Positions 37,447 to 46,648 of a stretch of 64,000 bases of DNA are shown here, in pieces. The notes below the pieces were generated by a model, which was not told where the DNA came from, did no database searches, and saw nothing but the letters and a program-made list of their open reading frames with translations. Position numbers and translations under genes: made by a program. The stretch comes from Desulfurellales bacterium (GTDB lineage Bacteria > Campylobacterota_A > Desulfurellia > Desulfurellales > Hippeaceae): assembly GCA_027064065.1 (NCBI GenBank), contig JAMOQJ010000012.1:19-64018 (forward strand), given 5' to 3'. Position 1 is the stretch's first letter. Every line of letters starts with the position of its first letter.

Positions 37447-39825
37447 TTATTGTGCCTTTTTTATTGAGTGCTCAAGGGCTATGTTGAGTACTTCTTCCAT
37501 AGTTTTTACAAAGTGATAGTGTAATTTTTTTGCTTTTATCTGAGATTCTATTTCTATAGCATCTTTTTTGTTGTCATACGGCACGACAATATCGTAAATA
37601 CCTGCCCTTAAAGCCGCAAGCGTTTTTTCTTTTAATCCGCCGATAGGCAAAACTCTACCAGTCAAGGTGATCTCTCCTGTCATAGCAACGCTGTTTTTTA
37701 CAGGGATGCCTGTTAAGCAGGATATAATTGCTGTGGCTATAGTGATTCCTGCTGATGGTCCGTCTTTAGGTGTTGCACCTTCTGGGACGTGTATATGCAG
37801 GTCGTATTTTTGATAGAAGTCTTCTTCCAAGCCTATCTCATCCGACATGCTCCTTGCCAGTGTAACGGCTGCTTGAGCAGACTCCTTCATAACGTCGCCT
37901 AAAGAGCCTGTAAGGATTAATTTTCCTGTTCCTTTAACCTTTGCAACCTCTATAAACAATACTGCGCCACCGACAGATGTCCACGCAAGACCTGTTGCTA
38001 TACCTACGTAATTTTTGTCCAATTTTTCATCTATGCTAAAGTGCGGAATGCCCAGATATTTTTGCAGATTGTTAGATGTAATGGATGCTGACGTTATCTT
38101 TTTGCCTTCTGCTATTTCTCTTGCAATCTTTCTTAAGACCTTTGAGATGGTTTTTTCAAGATTTCTAACGCCTGCTTCTTTTGTGTAACTCTCTATCGTT
38201 TTTCTTATTGCTCCATCTGTCCATTTTATATTGTATGGCTCAAGCCCATGCTCTTTTATTTGTCTTGGTATTATGTATTTTTTGGCTATCTTGATTTTTT
38301 CATCTACGGTATAGCCTGATAGCCTTATGATTTCCATTCTGTCAAGAAGCGGAGAAGGTATGGTTTCTGTTGTGTTTGCAGTAGTTACAAAGAATACTTC
38401 GGATAAATCAAATGGAACACCAAGGTAGTGGTCTTCAAATTCATTATTCTGCTCAGGGTCTAAAACTTCTAAAAGAGCGCTTGACGGATCTCCGCTGAAG
38501 TCTCTTCCCAATTTATCGATTTCATCCAAAACAAAAACCGGATTCTTTACGCCTGCTTGTTTTAAACCCTGTATAATTCTTCCCGGCAGAGCGCCTACGT
38601 ATGTTCTTCTATGCCCTCTGATTTCGGCTTCATCTCTTACGCCGCCAAGAGAAATTCTTACAAGTTTTCTGTTTATCGCTCTTGCTATTGATTTTGCTAA
38701 AGAAGTTTTACCTACGCCAGGCGGTCCCACAAAACAAAGTATAGGCCCTTTCATATCCTGTTTGAGTTTTTTGACAGAAAGATACTCCAAAATTCTTGTT
38801 TTAGCTTCTTTTATATCGTAATGGTCTTCGTCTAATATTTTGGCAACCTCTTTTATATTAATCTTTTCCCTTGAGCGCTTATTCCAAGGCATGGCTATCA
38901 TCCAATCAAGGTATGTTCTGATAACGTTTGCTTCCGCCGAATCGGGATGCATTTTAGATAGTCTCGACAGTTGTTTTTCTGCTTCTTTCAAAGCGACTTG
39001 AGGCATCTTTGCTTTTTTTATCTTTCCTTTTAATTCTTCTATTTCATCAGAGCCATCACCTTCTCCAAGCTCTTTTTTAATGGCTCTCATCTGCTCTCTT
39101 AAGAAATATTCTTTTTGGGTTTTTGATATTTCTTCCCTTGCTTCATTTTGTATCTTTGTTTGAAGGGCTAAAAGCTGTAGTTCTTTGTCAAGGATTTCAT
39201 TTAATTTCTTTAGCCTGTCTTCAACATACTCCATTTCCAATAATTCTTGAGCTACTTCCGTTTTTAGCTGTATGTTGCTTGCTATTATATCGGTAAACTT
39301 ATCTGGCTCGTCTATATTATTGGCTATGACTACTATGTCGTTCGGTATGTTTTTATTGTATGTTGTAAGTTGTTGAAGTTGGTCTTTTACCGAACGCATC
39401 AATGCTTCAATTTCTAATTCTTTTGACTCTGTTTCAGGTAGAATATCTTCTTTTTCTTCAATTTCGGCTTCTATGTAAGGCTCAAATTGCGTAAATTTTT
39501 CTATCTTTACCTTTTTTAAACCTTGAACGAGAATTTTTACTCTTCCGTCGGGCATTTTTAACATTCTTAAAATGAGACAAGCCGTCCCGGTTTTGTATAG
39601 GTCGTTTTCTTTTGGAGTGTTTTCATCGGGAGACTTTTGAGTTGTTGCAATAATCATTCTGTCTTTTGAAAGTGCTTCGTCTATTGCCTTAATGGAAAAA
39701 TCTCTGCCAACAAACAGTGGCATAATCATATAAGGGAAAACCACCATATCTCTCAAAGGTAGAACCGGCAATGTATCGGGCATATTAATTTCTTCGTCTA
39801 TTTTAATCGTTTCTATGTCGTTCAT
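37447..39825 (-). CDS. lon: ATP-dependent Lon protease
   Basis: LON N-domain, GPPGVGKTS and PKDGPSAGIT (catalytic Ser) motifs. 792 aa. Confidence 0.95.
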   Translation of the reverse strand: MNDIETIKIDEEINMPDTLPVLPLRDMVVFPYMIMPLFVGRDFSIKAIDEALSKDRMIIATTQKSPDENTPKENDLYKTGTACLILRMLKMPDGRVKILVQGLKKVKIEKFTQFEPYIEAEIEEKEDILPETESKELEIEALMRSVKDQLQQLTTYNKNIPNDIVVIANNIDEPDKFTDIIASNIQLKTEVAQELLEMEYVEDRLKKLNEILDKELQLLALQTKIQNEAREEISKTQKEYFLREQMRAIKKELGEGDGSDEIEELKGKIKKAKMPQVALKEAEKQLSRLSKMHPDSAEANVIRTYLDWMIAMPWNKRSREKINIKEVAKILDEDHYDIKEAKTRILEYLSVKKLKQDMKGPILCFVGPPGVGKTSLAKSIARAINRKLVRISLGGVRDEAEIRGHRRTYVGALPGRIIQGLKQAGVKNPVFVLDEIDKLGRDFSGDPSSALLEVLDPEQNNEFEDHYLGVPFDLSEVFFVTTANTTETIPSPLLDRMEIIRLSGYTVDEKIKIAKKYIIPRQIKEHGLEPYNIKWTDGAIRKTIESYTKEAGVRNLEKTISKVLRKIAREIAEGKKITSASITSNNLQKYLGIPHFSIDEKLDKNYVGIATGLAWTSVGGAVLFIEVAKVKGTGKLILTGSLGDVMKESAQAAVTLARSMSDEIGLEEDFYQKYDLHIHVPEGATPKDGPSAGITIATAIISCLTGIPVKNSVAMTGEITLTGRVLPIGGLKEKTLAALRAGIYDIVVPYDNKKDAIEIESQIKAKKLHYHFVKTMEEVLNIALEHSIKKAQ

Positions 39826-39831
39826 AAGTTT

Positions 39832-40182
39832 TCACCTCTTGTTTATAGTTATTCTTAAAATACCGTCTTTATATTTTACGCTTTCTATATTTGTAGTTAA
39901 GTAAGGAATTTCAACAATTTTTTTAAAAGAACCAAATATTCTTTCAGCTCTTAAATATTTTGCGTTTTTAACCGATTCTTTTCTTTTTATACCTGCTATA
40001 GTCAAAATATTGCCATCTATTTCTATTTTAAAATTTTCTTCATCAAGTCCGACAATCTCTAAATCTATATACAGTTTATCGTCTTTTTCAAATATATCGC
40101 ACAAAGGCTCAAAAACATCATTACTATTTAATGCAAAATTTATAAGCTCTATAATTTCATGTCTTATTTTTATGTTAGTCAT
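39832..40182 (-). CDS. Hsp20/alpha-crystallin small heat-shock protein
   Basis: 116 aa with an alpha-crystallin domain pattern (…RAERIFGSFKKIVEIP…GILRITI). Confidence 0.8.
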   Translation of the reverse strand: MTNIKIRHEIIELINFALNSNDVFEPLCDIFEKDDKLYIDLEIVGLDEENFKIEIDGNILTIAGIKRKESVKNAKYLRAERIFGSFKKIVEIPYLTTNIESVKYKDGILRITINKR

Positions 40183-40918
40183 AAGTTAAAGGAATCTCTT
40201 TTGCATACTTACTATTAGGATATTTCTTTTTCAATTCCTCAAAAAACGCTTTCGCTTCCTTTTTATGATTTAGTTTGTAATATACATATCCAAGCATATA
40301 TAGCATTTCATCATTAAAGTTTACATCCTTGAAGTGCTTATACATATACTCAAGTCTATTTTTCGCCGCTTTTAATTGGTTTAAGTCTTTGTAGAATTTA
40401 GCTACAAACAGCTCGTGCTTGTATATTTCCATTGCACTTTTCGTTATATAGGTATACACCTTGCCCGTATAGGGATTATTTGGATATTGGTTTAGTAGTG
40501 AAATAAAATGCTTTATCGCTAATTTTGCCGGCGTTACGTCTAATTTATATCCGTTTCTCGATTTGTAGTAGCTTAATGCTATCTTATATTTGGCATAGAT
40601 AACATCCTTGTCGGACGGGTATAATTTTATAAATTTTTTATAATAATCCCTTGCAAGAATATATTCGCCCTTTGCAAAATACACATCGCCCAATGCAAGA
40701 ATGGCTCTTTTTGAATATATGCTGCCTGGGTGTTGTTCGTTAACCATCTCAAGAGAGTGTTCAGCTTCTTTGTAATCGTGGTCTATGTATTGCTGGATTC
40801 CTTCATTATACCACTCGTAGGCTGACTTTTCTTCTTCTGTAGGAACTATTTTCTTGTTACTTGAACAACCTACAAGAAACACACCACTCAATATAAAAAT
40901 TACAACAAGCTTTTTCAC
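40175..40918 (-). CDS. bamD: outer membrane protein assembly factor BamD (lipoprotein, TPR)
   Basis: GTG start 9 nt after AGGAG, lipobox FLVGCS, TPR-like repeats. Confidence 0.85.
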   Translation of the reverse strand: MKKLVVIFILSGVFLVGCSSNKKIVPTEEEKSAYEWYNEGIQQYIDHDYKEAEHSLEMVNEQHPGSIYSKRAILALGDVYFAKGEYILARDYYKKFIKLYPSDKDVIYAKYKIALSYYKSRNGYKLDVTPAKLAIKHFISLLNQYPNNPYTGKVYTYITKSAMEIYKHELFVAKFYKDLNQLKAAKNRLEYMYKHFKDVNFNDEMLYMLGYVYYKLNHKKEAKAFFEELKKKYPNSKYAKEIPLTYD

Positions 40919-40947
40919 TTTTTAAAACTCCTGTTTTGAAGAAGAGA

Positions 40948-41076
40948 TTAGCAGCCAGGATTTATTCCGCTTGGATCATCCATCCAGTCGTCATCTTCCC
41001 AAGTTTTGTCGGATAAATCCTTTTTGATTTTTTCTTGCTCTTCTTCGTTTAATTGTTTGTTTTTGTCATCAGGCAT
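40948..41076 (-). CDS. small acidic ORF (42 aa), unannotated by the ORF track
   Basis: MPDDKNKQLNEEEQEKIKKDLSDKTWEDDDWMDDPSGINPGC. The ATG lies 7 nt after AGAGG, which sits inside the end of the DUF721 gene. An upstream in-frame ATG at 41082 overlaps the DUF721 stop. Confidence 0.4.
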   Translation of the reverse strand: MPDDKNKQLNEEEQEKIKKDLSDKTWEDDDWMDDPSGINPGC

Positions 41077-41078
41077 TA

Positions 41079-41369
41079 TCATACCTCTTTAAACTTTATA
41101 CGGCTAACGAATTTACCTTTTAAAAAACCGTTTATCTTTATTATAATGTCTTGCTCCATAAAAGACAACTCTTGAATCCAAACAGACGATGGAACAGCCA
41201 ATGTTAATACACCATCTCTTAGAGAAATAACCCTTATATTTTCTGAAAAACCTTTATCAAAAATAGTAAATATAGCGTTCCTTATTTTCCATAATTCTAC
41301 TGCTTTTTCTAAACCTAAATCACATAACGCACTATCAACTATATCAGAGACACTTTTAATATTATCCAT
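41079..41369 (-). CDS. DUF721 (DciA-like) protein
   Basis: 96 aa. The pattern …W..IVG..ia.h…l..g.L.v.v.ss.W..EL.f recalls DUF721, the domain found in the DciA helicase-loader family. Confidence 0.6.
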   Translation of the reverse strand: MDNIKSVSDIVDSALCDLGLEKAVELWKIRNAIFTIFDKGFSENIRVISLRDGVLTLAVPSSVWIQELSFMEQDIIIKINGFLKGKFVSRIKFKEV

Positions 41370-41372
41370 CTA

Positions 41373-41450
41373 TGGCGTACCCGGGGGGATTTGAACCCCC
41401 AACCTTAAGATCCGGAGTCTTATGCTCTATCCAGCTTGAGCTACGGGCAC
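41373..41450 (-). tRNA. tRNA-Arg (anticodon CCG), CCA encoded
   Basis: Reverse complement is GTGCCCGTAGCTCAAGCTGGATAGAGCATAAGACTCCGGATCTTAAGGTTGGGGGTTCAAATCCCCCCGGGTACGCCA. It folds as a cloverleaf with anticodon loop CUCCGGA. Confidence 0.9.
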
Positions 41451-41699
41451 CTCGTTCTTAACCATAACAAGCCAATCGTTTTCGTTTTTCTTAAGAACGT
41501 TATCCACCGTAGCTTTTTTTGTTACTACAGCCTTTGCAATCTCAGCTATTTGAGAATAATCGTTTATGTACACAAGCAGATAATTGCCATCTTTTACATT
41601 TTCCAAGCCTTTTAAGGTTTTATCTACCACATCATTTACGGACAAACCTCTTAAATCCATGTCCTTATCGATATTAAAGGTATCGCTTCTTCCGTCCAT
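41427..41699 (-). CDS. TusA/SirA-like small protein lacking the catalytic Cys
   Basis: MDLRGLSVNDVV...GNYLLVYINDYSQIAEIAK...WLVMVK follows the TusA pattern, but the CPxP cysteine position reads VN. The last 24 nt overlap tRNA-Arg. Confidence 0.45.
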   Translation of the reverse strand: MDGRSDTFNIDKDMDLRGLSVNDVVDKTLKGLENVKDGNYLLVYINDYSQIAEIAKAVVTKKATVDNVLKKNENDWLVMVKNEVPVAQAG

Positions 41700-41718
41700 C
41701 TATGCTACCTCCAACAAA

Positions 41719-41934
41719 CTATTGTTCTTTACTGAAATATCCTTTATATTTTTTAGTAAATTTCTCTACTCTTCCCGTTTCGTCAACCATTTTCTGTTTT
41801 CCTGTAAAGAATGGATGACATTTAGAACATACCTGAACGGTTAAATTTTCTACTGTTGACCTTGTTACGATTTCATTGCCACAAGCACATCTAATAGTCG
41901 TTAATTCGTATTTAGGATGTATATCTTTTTTCAT
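41719..41934 (-). CDS. rpmE: 50S ribosomal protein L31
   Basis: MKKDIHPKY...CACG...[13 protein letters not shown]. 71 aa. Confidence 0.95.
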   Translation of the reverse strand: MKKDIHPKYELTTIRCACGNEIVTRSTVENLTVQVCSKCHPFFTGKQKMVDETGRVEKFTKKYKGYFSKEQ

Positions 41935-42103
41935 CGTGCGCGCTTAGCCTCCCTTTCCTTCAGCAAAATTTTAGCTAAATTACCACATTTTATAATAATA
42001 GGCAAGAGTAAAAACTGATTGAATAATAAATTCTTTAAGGATGTGTCGCTATATTTTTATTTCATAGATAATCTACATAAAACGAAAAGATTCCCGTAAC
42101 ATA

Positions 42104-43339
42104 TTAATTTTCAAAAACCGATTCAAAATCATACAAAAACACCTTAACATTTTCTCCTTTTGCTATTTCTCCTATTCTTTCACCTTCCACCATACAAAAA
42201 CCGTTACACGTGGCTATAGATTCGATTATATTTGAGCCTTGCGTTTCAAACGGCGTTGCATAAAAATTACTATCTTTAAATTCAACCTTAACCCTGTTAA
42301 AGTGCACCCTATCGTTTCTCTTTTTCATTGATTTAGTAAGTTGAGCGTCTATTGGTATATGTTTATATTTTTTGTATCCAAGCATTTTTTTTAGTGCAGG
42401 AATAAGATAAAAGAATGAGCAAAACGCCGTGGACACAGGGTTGCCCGGAAAAGAAAATATAAAACTGTTATTGATTTTTCCAAACGCAAATGGCTTTCCG
42501 GGTTTTTGTTTTACGTATTTAAACGCCCATTCTATATTCATTTCTTTTTCTATGTTGGTTACTATGTCGAAATCCCCAAACGATATACCGGCGGTAGTTA
42601 TTATGATGTCATAATTTAAAGCATAATCTAATAATTTTTTAAGACTGTCTTTAGAATCCTTTGCTATGCCGAGATATGACGCATCTATACCCAATTCTTT
42701 TAAGATATACCTTATAAAAAAACTGTTTGAGTCTATTGTGGCGTTTTGGTCGTTGTCGCCCGGATAATTTAACTCATCACCTGTGGCTATTACGCAAACG
42801 GTCGGTTTTTTGTAGACGTCGACAAAAATATTGCCTGTGGATACTATCCTTGAGAGTCTATAAGGGTTAATCTTTTCTCCAACAAAGTCTATCGTTTCAC
42901 CTTTTTTAATGTCTTCACCTTTAAATCTGATATTTGCATGCTGTTTTTTTTCTTTTAATATTTCTACGATGCCGTTTTCTTCTTTTGTCAGCTCAAATTC
43001 GACTACGCAATCCGCACCTTCGGGTATAAATGCCCCTGTCATTATTCTGTAACATTCACCATCTTTTATGGATAGATTATCTACAGAATCGCCTGCTTTT
43101 ATCGTTCCTTTCACTTTAAGTTTTACAGGTGTTTTAAGTATGTCGGAATGTTTAAGTGCGTATCCGTCCATTGCAGAATTATCCAAAGGCGGTAAATCCA
43201 GTTTGGAGTATATAGGCTTTGCCACAACCCTGTTTTGTGCGTCGAATACCGAAACCTTTTCTATTCCAAATGTTTTAACGCTTTTTAAGATTGTATCAAG
43301 TGCTTCTGAAGGCATAATCATAATAACTAAATCCCCCAA
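42104..43339 (-). CDS. moeA: molybdopterin molybdenumtransferase
   Basis: MoeA domain pattern (LDNSAMDGYAL, TGDEL, ITTAGIS). The start is uncertain: the ORF opens at TTG 43339, and ATG 43321 lies 10 nt after GGGGGA. Confidence 0.85.
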   Translation of the reverse strand: MGDLVIMIMPSEALDTILKSVKTFGIEKVSVFDAQNRVVAKPIYSKLDLPPLDNSAMDGYALKHSDILKTPVKLKVKGTIKAGDSVDNLSIKDGECYRIMTGAFIPEGADCVVEFELTKEENGIVEILKEKKQHANIRFKGEDIKKGETIDFVGEKINPYRLSRIVSTGNIFVDVYKKPTVCVIATGDELNYPGDNDQNATIDSNSFFIRYILKELGIDASYLGIAKDSKDSLKKLLDYALNYDIIITTAGISFGDFDIVTNIEKEMNIEWAFKYVKQKPGKPFAFGKINNSFIFSFPGNPVSTAFCSFFYLIPALKKMLGYKKYKHIPIDAQLTKSMKKRNDRVHFNRVKVEFKDSNFYATPFETQGSNIIESIATCNGFCMVEGERIGEIAKGENVKVFLYDFESVFEN

Positions 43340-43563
43340 TTTTTAATTAATCTAATAACTATTTTTAAATATTTAAAAATTAAAGTCAAGGAAAAGGCTT
43401 TGGTTTTAGAATTTGACCTTATGCAAAGTATACCAATATTTTATGTCCTTTCAAAACGAAATTATCAAATCCTTTCAGGTAGATTTATTATTGATTATTC
43501 TTTAATCTCAAACCTTATCTTCATTGCTGTTGTAAAATTGGTATTGTGTTTGAAAATAAAAAT

Positions 43564-43620
43564 AGTATGAAAACCCTAAGCTGTTGTTGCTATTTGGTAG
43601 CGTCATAGAGTTTTCATACT
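43564..43620 (-). terminator. 11-bp inverted repeat with T-rich tail downstream of ackA
   Basis: AGTATGAAAAC (43564-43574) and GTTTTCATACT (43610-43620) are perfect complements. On the minus strand the stem is followed by ATTTTTATTTTC. The loop is long (35 nt), so this is uncertain. Confidence 0.4.
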
Positions 43621-43634
43621 TAAATTAAATACGT

Positions 43635-44882
43635 TTATTTTAGGAATGTGTATGGATATTTTGTATGGTCGGTATATGTTCCCGACATAATTGCTACAAC
43701 ATCTTCGATAAAAACTCTTTCTTCATTTGTGGGTATGACAAATACTTTTACTTTGGAATCATCGGTGGATATTGTCGACTCTCCGTCCCTGCCTCTTACT
43801 TCAAAGTTTTTCTCAAGGTCTAATTTTATACCGAGATTTTCCAATCCCTCTAACGCCATTTGTCTTATAAGCCAAGCATTTTCGCCGACACCTGCTGTAA
43901 AAACGATAGCATCAACCCTGCCAAGCACAGCATAATAAGCACCTATATATTTCTTTATTCTATATGCCTCAACTTCCAATGCAACTTTACATCTTATATC
44001 ATGATGCTCTTCACCATCCAAAACATCCCTTCTATCTGTATATTTTCCCGTTAAACCTAAGATACCTGATTTTTTGTTGAGTATATCGCACATTGTATGG
44101 GCATCCACACCTAACTGTTTTTGCATAAACAATGGAATGGCAGGGTCTATATCTCCACATCTTGTTCCCATAACTGCGCCTTCCAAGGGAGTCAAGCCCA
44201 TAGAGGTGTCTACAGAAATACCGTTTTTAATTGCGCAGTGAGAGGCACCGTTGCCTATATGCATAGTTATCAAATTGCACTCTTCAGGTTTTTTGCCAAG
44301 CATTACGGCAGCTCTTTTTGAAACATACAGATGGCTTGTTCCGTGGAATCCATACCTTCTTACACCGTAGTTTTCATACCATTCGTATGGAACGGCATAC
44401 ATATAGGCATGTCTTTTCATTGTCTGGTGAAAGGCTGTATCAAAGATGGCAACATGTGGAACTGTAGGCAAAAGCTCTTGTGCAGCTTTAATTCCCGATA
44501 GATTTGGAGGATTGTGAAGAGGAGCAAGATGTTGAACCGATTCTATGGCTTTTATAACTTCATCATCTATTTCAACGCTGCTTTTAAACTTTTCTCCGCC
44601 ATGAACAACCCTATGCCCTACAGCGGCAATTTCCTTTATGTCGTTGATTACTTTATGTTCTCCCTGTGTTAGCGTTTTTATAACAAGATTTATAGCCGTA
44701 TTGTGGTCATTGCACTCATACTCTTCCCTGAATGTTTCTCTTCCGGGAACCTCGTGAACAATAAAAGAATCGCCTATACCTACTCTTTCAACAACACCCT
44801 TTGCAAGAAGTTGGTCTGTATTCCAATTAAATAATTGGTATTTAACAGATGAACTTCCACAGTTTAAAGCTAAAATTTTCAT
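43635..44882 (-). CDS. ackA: acetate kinase
   Basis: ILALNCGSSSVKYQLF N-terminus. 415 aa, downstream of pta. Confidence 0.93.
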   Translation of the reverse strand: MKILALNCGSSSVKYQLFNWNTDQLLAKGVVERVGIGDSFIVHEVPGRETFREEYECNDHNTAINLVIKTLTQGEHKVINDIKEIAAVGHRVVHGGEKFKSSVEIDDEVIKAIESVQHLAPLHNPPNLSGIKAAQELLPTVPHVAIFDTAFHQTMKRHAYMYAVPYEWYENYGVRRYGFHGTSHLYVSKRAAVMLGKKPEECNLITMHIGNGASHCAIKNGISVDTSMGLTPLEGAVMGTRCGDIDPAIPLFMQKQLGVDAHTMCDILNKKSGILGLTGKYTDRRDVLDGEEHHDIRCKVALEVEAYRIKKYIGAYYAVLGRVDAIVFTAGVGENAWLIRQMALEGLENLGIKLDLEKNFEVRGRDGESTISTDDSKVKVFVIPTNEERVFIEDVVAIMSGTYTDHTKYPYTFLK

Positions 44883-44895
44883 ACTACTCCCTCCT

Positions 44896-45882
44896 TTAAG
44901 CTTGTAGAGATGTTATTACGGCAACATCTACTATATCTGTATATTTGCACCCTCTTGATAAATCATTAACTGGTTTGTTTAGTCCTTGAATAATCGGACC
45001 GATAGCTTCTGCTGATGCCAGCCTTTCAACAAGTTTATAGGCAATATTTCCTGCGTCAAGGTCAGGAAATATCAACACATTTGCATTTCCCGCAACACTG
45101 CTTCCCGGGGCTTTTCTATTTCCTACAGATTCAACCAAGGCAGCATCTGCCTGAAGTTCTCCATCCACACTTAAATCAGGATATCTATCTTGTAAAATTT
45201 TTGTTGCTTCTATAACCTTGTCAACATCAGGGTGCGATGCGCTGTTCTTTGTTGAGAATGAAAGCATGGCAATTTTTGGTTCTTCATCTAAAAATGACCT
45301 GCAGCTATCAGCAGTTGCTGATGCTATCTCAGCAAGTGTTTCGGCATTAGGATTAGGATTTACTGCGCAGTCCGCAAAAAGTAAAACACCGTTTTTACCG
45401 AATTCTTTTTTTGGAGTTACCATTATAAAACAGCTTGAAACCGTTTTTACTCCCGGTTTTGTTCCTATAATTCTAATGGCTGCCCTTAAGACATCTGCCG
45501 TAACATGGCATGCTCCCGTAACACAACCATCGGCAAAGCCTTTTTCTACAAGCATACATCCGAAATAGTTTTCATCTTTCATGGTTTCTAATGCTTCCTG
45601 CTCGCTAATACCTTTATTTTTACGCTTTTCATAATAGTATGAAGCAAAGTCGCTTAGATAATTATTGTCCGACGGGTCTATTATCTCGCACTTTGCACTG
45701 TAGCCTTTAGCTTTAAACTTAGATGAAATCTCATCCTTATTACCCAGGACAATCACATTTGCAAGAGAATTTTTTTCAATTGACTCAATAGCGTCAATAG
45801 TTCGGCTGTCATTTCCTTCGGGTAATACAATTGTTTTTTTCAACTGTTTAGCCCTTTCCCAAAACTCATTCATTAAAGACAT
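44896..45882 (-). CDS. pta: phosphate acetyltransferase
   Basis: 328 aa PTA_PTB-domain pattern (…[11 protein letters not shown]…, …DLSRGC…), upstream of ackA. Confidence 0.9.
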   Translation of the reverse strand: MSLMNEFWERAKQLKKTIVLPEGNDSRTIDAIESIEKNSLANVIVLGNKDEISSKFKAKGYSAKCEIIDPSDNNYLSDFASYYYEKRKNKGISEQEALETMKDENYFGCMLVEKGFADGCVTGACHVTADVLRAAIRIIGTKPGVKTVSSCFIMVTPKKEFGKNGVLLFADCAVNPNPNAETLAEIASATADSCRSFLDEEPKIAMLSFSTKNSASHPDVDKVIEATKILQDRYPDLSVDGELQADAALVESVGNRKAPGSSVAGNANVLIFPDLDAGNIAYKLVERLASAEAIGPIIQGLNKPVNDLSRGCKYTDIVDVAVITSLQA

Positions 45883-46149
45883 ACCTAATATCCTCCAAAA
45901 ACAAAATATTTATATATATGTTATCATACGCTTTTTAACATATATTAGTTCTTTTGTCAAGCGAAAGTATAAAATATTAATGATAGTTATATATATACTA
46001 ATATATACTACATAATGAAACCTATAATTAAAAAAATAATTAGTAAAATTCAGTGTATGATGTTTTTAAAATCTATCGAAATAGGATATTATTGAAAAAG
46101 TAAATGGAAACATTATGCCCAAACTGCAATGAACTTAGACGAACTGAAA

Positions 46150-46185
46150 ATAAAAAAGGCGGATAGGTGATTAAGCCCATCCGCC
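46150..46185 (-). terminator. intrinsic terminator after the RRM-protein gene
   Basis: Minus strand reads GGCGGAT-14 nt-ATCCGCC followed by TTTTTTATTTTC. Confidence 0.7.
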
Positions 46186-46218
46186 CTAAGTTTTATAGAA
46201 AACTGTTAATTTCCGATA

Positions 46219-46485
46219 TTAAAAACGCTCTCTTCTTGGTTCACGCTTTTTAGCTTCGTTGATGCGCAAATTTCTTCCATCCATCTCAACTCCGTTAAGA
46301 GAATCAATGGCGCTATTTGCCTCATCTTGGTCTAATTCAACAAATCCAAATCCTCTGGATCTTCCAGTTTCGCGGTCGGTAATTACCTTCACAGAACTAA
46401 CTGTCTCATAATCTGAAAAGAAATTTCTTAAATCCTCTTCAGACGAATTGAAAGATAAATTCCCAACATACAAAGTCTTAACCAT
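46219..46485 (-). CDS. RNA-binding protein with a single RRM domain
   Basis: RNP-2 LYVGNL and RNP-1 RGFGFVEL. The ATG lies 7 nt after GAGGTG; the ORF is open to 46500. Confidence 0.88.
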   Translation of the reverse strand: MVKTLYVGNLSFNSSEEDLRNFFSDYETVSSVKVITDRETGRSRGFGFVELDQDEANSAIDSLNGVEMDGRNLRINEAKKREPRRERF

Positions 46486-46648
46486 AAAAAAACACCTCAA
46501 AAAATCAATTTGCCGATATTAAGTATATACCGACACTTCCTTGAAAAACAAATAAATGTATGTAACAAGGTCTTGAGAGAGATACTACAATAATTAAATA
46601 GATAAGTCAAGTAAATAAATATAATATATCATTTTTTTATATATCGCA

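Noticed and set aside
43340-43634. Looked for a molybdenum-cofactor riboswitch upstream of moeA.
   Set aside because: The region is uniformly AT-rich. It has none of the conserved GC-rich Moco-motif helices.
46015-46178. Two mini-ORFs in the pta upstream region: MKPIIKKIISKIQCMMFLKSIEIGYY and METLCPNCNELRRTENKKGG.
   Set aside because: Neither has an SD. The second runs into the terminator stem of the RRM-protein gene. Both lie in promoter-like AT-rich DNA.
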